A DNA stretch of 32,000 nt from Serratia marcescens (GTDB taxonomy: Bacteria; Pseudomonadota; Gammaproteobacteria; Enterobacterales; Enterobacteriaceae), in the NCBI GenBank assembly GCA_015548865.1, contig JADMXW010000031.1, positions 1-32,000 on the forward strand, in the 5' to 3' direction. The notes under the pieces are model-generated. The model worked only from the letters and a program-made list of their open reading frames with translations, was not told where the DNA came from and searched no databases. The first letter of the stretch is position 1. Each line of letters begins with the position of its first letter. This document shows positions 27,613 through 32,000 of the stretch, piece after piece. A program made the translations under genes and the position numbers.

Positions 27613-30504
27613 ATGGCAGAACAAACATCACGCCTTGCGATCATCATCGATAGCACCGGGGCGGAAAAGAACGCCGATAATCTGGCAACTGCGCTGGGGA
27701 AAATGACGCAGGCGGGGCAAAACGCCGCATCTGGGGCGAAGAAAGTAAAAAAAGCCACTGAAGAAGAGTCTGAAGCGTTATCTAGCCTCCTTGACCGAAT
27801 TGATCCGGTTAACGCTGCACTAAACAAACTAGATGCCCAGCAAAAAGAACTGGCAAAATTCAAATCCAAGGGGTTTATCGACACTGACACCTTTGATGCC
27901 TATTCGAAGAAAATAGAGGATTCCCGAGGAAGATTATCAGGGTTTTCTGATCAACTATCCAAAACAGGCATGTCAGCGAAACAAACCGCCGCCGCTATGC
28001 GCATGGTTCCCGCGCAAATGACGGACATCATTGTCAGCCTCCAAGGGGGGCAAGCACCGCTTACTGTCTTGTTGCAGCAAGGTGGGCAGCTTAAAGATAT
28101 GTTCGGCGGTATTGTCCCGGCAGCAAAAGCGCTTGGTGGTTACGTAGCTGGTTTAATCAATCCATTCACATTAGCGGCTGCCGCCGCTGGAGTTCTTGGC
28201 CTTGCATATTATAAGGGAAGCCAAGAGCAGAGCGCTTTTAACGAATCACTTATCCTTACGGGGAATCTGGTAGGAAAAACATCCGGGCAACTGGCGCTGA
28301 TGGCAAGTAATGTAGCGTCGGCAACAAAAACTACCACTGGCAACGCGTCCTCAGTGCTGAATCAGTTGGTTTCGACTAGTAAGGTTGCCGGAGACTCGCT
28401 GCAAATAGCGGCATCGGCAATTGTTAATATCAACAAAGAAACCGGAATTGCCACTGATCAGCTTGTTACTGACTTTGGCAAATTGGCAAAGGACCCCGTT
28501 GCCGCTATTGCAGAACTTAACGAGAAATACAACTTTCTAACGGTAGCAACATATAGCCAGATTAAAGCTCTCCAAGAGGAAGGTAACACACAGGAGGCGG
28601 CTCGTATTGCTACCGAGATATATGCAAACACTCTAAATACAAGGGCGGCGCAGATACACACTAGCCTTGGTACTCTTGAAACTGCATGGAACGCGATCAC
28701 TGGAGCAGCAAAAGGCGCATGGGACGCAATGCTTGATGTTGGTCGCCAAAAAACGCCAGAACAGAGCCTGAAAGAGCTAAGTGATAGAATCGCTGAGGCG
28801 CAAAAAGCGCAATCAGAAGGTGGGATTTGGAACAGCTTTAATTCAAAATTCATCAACCTAGATGCAATGATTAAGGCACGTGATGAACTTCAATCACAGA
28901 TTACTACCAATAGCACGCTGAATGGCATCATTGACGAGCGAAACAAAAAAGAGCAGGCGCTGCTAAAGACCCAGCAGGAAGCGGACAAGGTTAATCAGCA
29001 GTACATTTCGAATGCCGAGCGGAGAAATAAAGCCATTGCACAACAACAGAAGTTTTTGGATGCTGGTGCAATTAGCGCTGAACAGTATGCAAAAAACGTT
29101 GAACGCATTAACGAAATGTATAAGGACGCAAAAACGCCAAAGTATTCAGAAGACGCTGCAACGCGCTTGCTGGATCAAATTTCTAAACAGAACGCATCTT
29201 TATCCTTACAGTTAGAAACCACCGATAAGATCACCAGTGCGACACAGCAGCGCATCAAGTTCGAGCAACAGATAGCAGACCTGAAATCAAAATCTCAACT
29301 CACAGCTGACCAGAAATCAATCCTGGCGCGTTCTGATGAAATTTTGCAGGCATACAAGGCGCAAGAGGCGCTATCCGACCAAGTTAAGACGCTTGATGAT
29401 TATCGTAAAATGCAAGATGACATCAGGAGCAAAGACCAGAAAACAAATGACCTTCTACGCGATCGGCTTGAGCTTTTGGAAAAAGCAAAAGCGACTGGTG
29501 CCCTACAGCCTGGTGAATACGACCAGACTAGGGCTGGGATTCTAAAAAATACACAGGCCACTTTGCCCAAGAGCGTTACCACTGCAACAGGCGGCATTTC
29601 TTCGGGTAAAAATGGAGGGACGGCAAGCACATGGAGCGGAGTTGGGCAGCAGTTTAACCAAAACCAGCAAGCCAGTTCTGAATTGGAAGCGTGGTACCAG
29701 CAACAATTAACGTTTTATCAGCAGTATTACGAAAGTCGGAAGAATCTCACTGCTGAGTATGAGGCGCAGATCACCCAACTGCAGAACACCTACGGACAGC
29801 AGAGGGTGATGCTTGACCAACAGCGCAGCCAACTGATCCAGACATCAACGCAATCAATCATGGATAGCGTAGTGTCAATCACAAGGGATGGTTTCGGTGA
29901 GCAGTCAGCTATCTACAAGGTTGCATTTGCCGCCAACAAAGCATTTGCGATCGCTCAATCAATCATCTCCATTCAGCAGGGTATCGCGCAGGCCGCGGCA
30001 AACCCATTCCCTTACAATTTGGCTGCAATGGCATCCGTCGCGGCAGCAACGGCAAGCATTGTATCGAATATCTCTGCTGTGGCTGGGGTTGGGTTCAAAA
30101 CCGGTGGATATACAGGTAATGCTGGGGTTAATACGGTTGTCGGATCTGTTCACGGTAAGGAATACGTGTTCGATGCCGCTGCAACAAAACGGATTGGCGT
30201 ATCCAACCTTGAGGCATTGCGTAACGGCGGATCACTGGATGCCACGCTGTCACGTCCGGGGTATGGGACTGGTGCTACAAGCGTGTCGAATAGCAATGCA
30301 AACACTACCGTATTCAGCCCAAACGTTAATGTAAGTAATTCGTTCAGTGGAAAGCCTGATGACGCCACGCTTATCGCTATTAATCAGAGCAATAAGCGGC
30401 TGGCTAAGCAGATCAAGGACGAACTGACGGCAGAAATAATCACGCCACAGGGGCGCTTTGGTAACGCCCTAAAAGGTAGTTACAGAAGGCAGGGGCCAAA
30501 GTGA
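27613..30504 (+). CDS. Tail tape measure protein
   Basis: 963 aa with long helical Ala/Gln/Lys-rich regions and hydrophobic Gly/Ala-rich segments. Position is after G/GT. GGAGAAAGG RBS. Confidence 0.9.
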   Translation: MAEQTSRLAIIIDSTGAEKNADNLATALGKMTQAGQNAASGAKKVKKATEEESEALSSLLDRIDPVNAALNKLDAQQKELAKFKSKGFIDTDTFDAYSKKIEDSRGRLSGFSDQLSKTGMSAKQTAAAMRMVPAQMTDIIVSLQGGQAPLTVLLQQGGQLKDMFGGIVPAAKALGGYVAGLINPFTLAAAAAGVLGLAYYKGSQEQSAFNESLILTGNLVGKTSGQLALMASNVASATKTTTGNASSVLNQLVSTSKVAGDSLQIAASAIVNINKETGIATDQLVTDFGKLAKDPVAAIAELNEKYNFLTVATYSQIKALQEEGNTQEAARIATEIYANTLNTRAAQIHTSLGTLETAWNAITGAAKGAWDAMLDVGRQKTPEQSLKELSDRIAEAQKAQSEGGIWNSFNSKFINLDAMIKARDELQSQITTNSTLNGIIDERNKKEQALLKTQQEADKVNQQYISNAERRNKAIAQQQKFLDAGAISAEQYAKNVERINEMYKDAKTPKYSEDAATRLLDQISKQNASLSLQLETTDKITSATQQRIKFEQQIADLKSKSQLTADQKSILARSDEILQAYKAQEALSDQVKTLDDYRKMQDDIRSKDQKTNDLLRDRLELLEKAKATGALQPGEYDQTRAGILKNTQATLPKSVTTATGGISSGKNGGTASTWSGVGQQFNQNQQASSELEAWYQQQLTFYQQYYESRKNLTAEYEAQITQLQNTYGQQRVMLDQQRSQLIQTSTQSIMDSVVSITRDGFGEQSAIYKVAFAANKAFAIAQSIISIQQGIAQAAANPFPYNLAAMASVAAATASIVSNISAVAGVGFKTGGYTGNAGVNTVVGSVHGKEYVFDAAATKRIGVSNLEALRNGGSLDATLSRPGYGTGATSVSNSNANTTVFSPNVNVSNSFSGKPDDATLIAINQSNKRLAKQIKDELTAEIITPQGRFGNALKGSYRRQGPK

Positions 30505-30507
30505 TGA

Positions 30508-30528
30508 GGCCAGCTAAGCTAGCCTTTT
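30508..30528 (+). terminator. Possible terminator after the tape measure gene
   Basis: Imperfect hairpin GGCCAGC-UAA-GCUAGCC followed by UUUU. Confidence 0.4.
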
Positions 30529-30530
30529 GG

Positions 30531-30758
30531 CTATTCTTCTTTTAAATCATTTTCAAGCTGAACAACAGCTCGTTTAAGGAAGTCTAGTGCTCTGCGTTTT
30601 ATCTCAAGATTCAGCTCGGAACGTGAATCAATAAATCTATCCACCCATATTTCCAAATCTGCCATGTTCATACCCTTATCTTCGCCAAGATCATCTGTAA
30701 TTTGGAGCCAATATCCATTCTCTGAGCTGTTTGCGTCATGCTTAGTTCTGAAATTCAT
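30531..30758 (-). CDS. Hypothetical 75-aa acidic protein, reverse-oriented within the tail operon
   Basis: ATG at 30758 with GGAGG upstream. It is a complete ORF on the opposite strand, between the tape measure and the minor tail genes. Confidence 0.6.
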   Translation of the reverse strand: MNFRTKHDANSSENGYWLQITDDLGEDKGMNMADLEIWVDRFIDSRSELNLEIKRRALDFLKRAVVQLENDLKEE

Positions 30759-30816
30759 AAATCCTCCAGAGGGGTAAGGGTGAAATCTAATTCTACATGT
30801 TTTCTAGAGGATAAAA

Positions 30817-31281
30817 ATGACAGGCATCTTTTACCCGCATGAATGGCTGCCAATGCCGCAACAGGAAGGATATGGGTTTCAGCCCATATCCCCACTGCTA
30901 CGCACTCAGATGACATCCGGGCGAGCGCGGCAGCGCAGGAATTACAAATCGACACCAACGCAGGCAAGCATTACGTGGTTTTTCGAGAATGACAGTCAGG
31001 CGCAGTTATTTGAGGCGTGGTATAGCGAAACGTTAAGCGATGGGGCGGCATGGTTTTACATGAAGCTGCAAACACCTCTTGGTGTTGAGTTCTACAAATG
31101 CCGGTTCACGGATATCTACCAAGGCCCGACGCTGGTGGCTCCGATTTACTGGCAATTCACCGCTACGCTTGAATTGTGGAAGCGGCCTGTGCTGCCTGAT
31201 GGCTGGGCGGAGTTCCCGGATTACATCATGCAAAGCGGCATTCTCGATATTGCTGTTAACAGGGAGTGGCCCGAAACATGA
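30817..31281 (+). CDS. Minor tail protein (gpM position)
   Basis: 154 aa. It is the first + strand gene after the tape measure. GAGGA RBS. Confidence 0.65.
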   Translation: MTGIFYPHEWLPMPQQEGYGFQPISPLLRTQMTSGRARQRRNYKSTPTQASITWFFENDSQAQLFEAWYSETLSDGAAWFYMKLQTPLGVEFYKCRFTDIYQGPTLVAPIYWQFTATLELWKRPVLPDGWAEFPDYIMQSGILDIAVNREWPET

Positions 31282-31763
31282 CAGTGCTGGATCGGCTATA
31301 TGCCTCAAGTGGCGATGAGGTCATTCACGACACGCTACAGATAGTTGTGGGTGATTCGACGCTATGGCTAACGAAAGGGTGGGATGACATCACCGCCACG
31401 CTGGAAGATGGCACAACCGATGCGACATTTATCGCATCGGCTATTGATATCGCGCTGCCAGCCAGAAATAAGGACGGTACGCAGGATTTGAAATTCGCTA
31501 TTGGGAATATCAACGGTGAGGCATCAACGATTATCCGTAACGCACTGGACAACCTGAGTAGTGCCACGCTGACATTCAGGCGCTATATCTCCACCGATTT
31601 ATCAGCCCCGGCAGCAGTGCCAATTCAGCTTGCTATCAAAAGCGGTTACTGGACTTCGACCGAGGCACAAATCACAGCCGGATACATGAACATTCTCGAT
31701 ACTGCGTGGCCTCGTTTTCGCTACACACTGCCACTGTTCCCCGGTTTGCGTTACCTATCTTAA
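31278..31763 (+). CDS. Minor tail protein (DUF1833-like, gpL position)
   Basis: ATG at 31278 forms an ATGA overlap with the upstream stop. The N-terminal LYASSGDEVIHDTLQI pattern is typical of DUF1833 tail proteins. Confidence 0.7.
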   Translation: MTVLDRLYASSGDEVIHDTLQIVVGDSTLWLTKGWDDITATLEDGTTDATFIASAIDIALPARNKDGTQDLKFAIGNINGEASTIIRNALDNLSSATLTFRRYISTDLSAPAAVPIQLAIKSGYWTSTEAQITAGYMNILDTAWPRFRYTLPLFPGLRYLS

Positions 31764-31772
31764 GGATTTCTC

Positions 31773-32000
31773 ATGCTGAACATCGATAAGTACCGTTCTG
31801 TCATCTGGCAGAAGGGCGGGCGCATTTATCCGCATCTTGACTGCTTCGGCATTGTGAATGAAGTGCGCCGCGACCTTGGGCTTGCCGACTGGCCCGAGTT
31901 CGACGGGGTAACGAAAGATGATGGCGGACTTGACCGTGAAGCCAAAGGGCTAATGCGCGAACTGGTTCGGTGTGAGGCTATTGAAGGGGCAGGGATAGCT
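31773..32000 (+). CDS. Tail tip assembly protein, NlpC/P60-like (gpK position); 3' end outside the window
   Basis: AAGGA RBS. The frame is open to the window edge. HLDCFGIV resembles the NlpC/P60 catalytic Cys motif. Confidence 0.6.
   Translation, partial: MLNIDKYRSVIWQKGGRIYPHLDCFGIVNEVRRDLGLADWPEFDGVTKDDGGLDREAKGLMRELVRCEAIEGAGIA

Larger units (their letters stand above)
1..32000. mobile_element. Segment of a lambdoid temperate siphovirus/prophage genome: early-left, immunity, replication, nin, Q, lysis, packaging, head and tail modules
   Basis: The gene order is lambda-like: N-cI-cro-cII-O-dnaC-ninB..rusA-Q-holin-endolysin-Rz/Rz1-terminase-portal-coat-tail-tape measure. Also present are nut sites, repeated operators, a lambda-like PR'/qut sequence and a G/GT frameshift site. 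Confidence 0.9.

Noticed and set aside
1-32000. CRISPR arrays, integrase/att sites, IS elements, rRNA, toxin-antitoxin pairs, and known multi-gene defence systems (R-M, Abi, CBASS, retron-type)
   Set aside because: No spacer-repeat arrays, recombinase, reverse transcriptase, nucleotidyltransferase or restriction signatures were seen. The only methyltransferase is an orphan nin-region Dam type. The integration module presumably lies outside the window.

Overview
The window is a contiguous 32-kb stretch of a lambda-like temperate siphovirus or prophage of an enterobacterial host. Nearly all late and early-right genes are on the + strand; the early-left operon is on the - strand. Order, left to right: (1) End of the PL operon (1-1396, - strand), with a lambda-type N antiterminator and nutL. 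(2) The immunity region (1556-3293): PL/OL, a LexA-box promoter in the slot where lambda carries rexAB, cI, OR/PRM/PR, cro, nutR, PRE and cII. (3) Replication genes (4019-5710): a stand-alone ClpX-type zinc finger, an O-like initiator with an internal iteron origin, and a DnaC-like loader. (4) A nin-like region (5711-9944): NinB, Dam-type methyltransferase, NinE, YbcO-like protein, RusA and many small coupled ORFs. (5) A lambda-type Q, followed by PR', qut, a structured leader, tR' and a tRNA-Asn (9941-11200). (6) A lysis cassette: dual-start pinholin, SAR endolysin, and Rz with embedded Rz1. (7) An HNH endonuclease, a KilA-N protein, TerS, TerL, portal, Mu-F-like head protein, scaffold and a P22-type coat protein. 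(8) Head-tail joining genes, a second HNH endonuclease on the - strand, a major tail protein with an Ig-like domain, tail chaperones G/GT with the GGGAAAG -1 frameshift site, a two-gene lipoprotein cassette, the tape measure, a reverse-strand small gene and minor tail proteins. The most interesting signals are these. First, cI looks non-self-cleaving, and a near-consensus LexA box and promoter fire convergently into its 3' end; this is a candidate SOS-controlled antirepressor or antisense switch. Second, a stand-alone ClpX zinc-binding domain gene overlaps the O gene. Third, a self-contained lipoprotein cassette (promoter, two genes, terminator) sits between GT and the tape measure. Fourth, two unrelated HNH genes share a 20-nt leader motif. 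All calls come from reading the sequence and from remembered family signatures; no database search was run.
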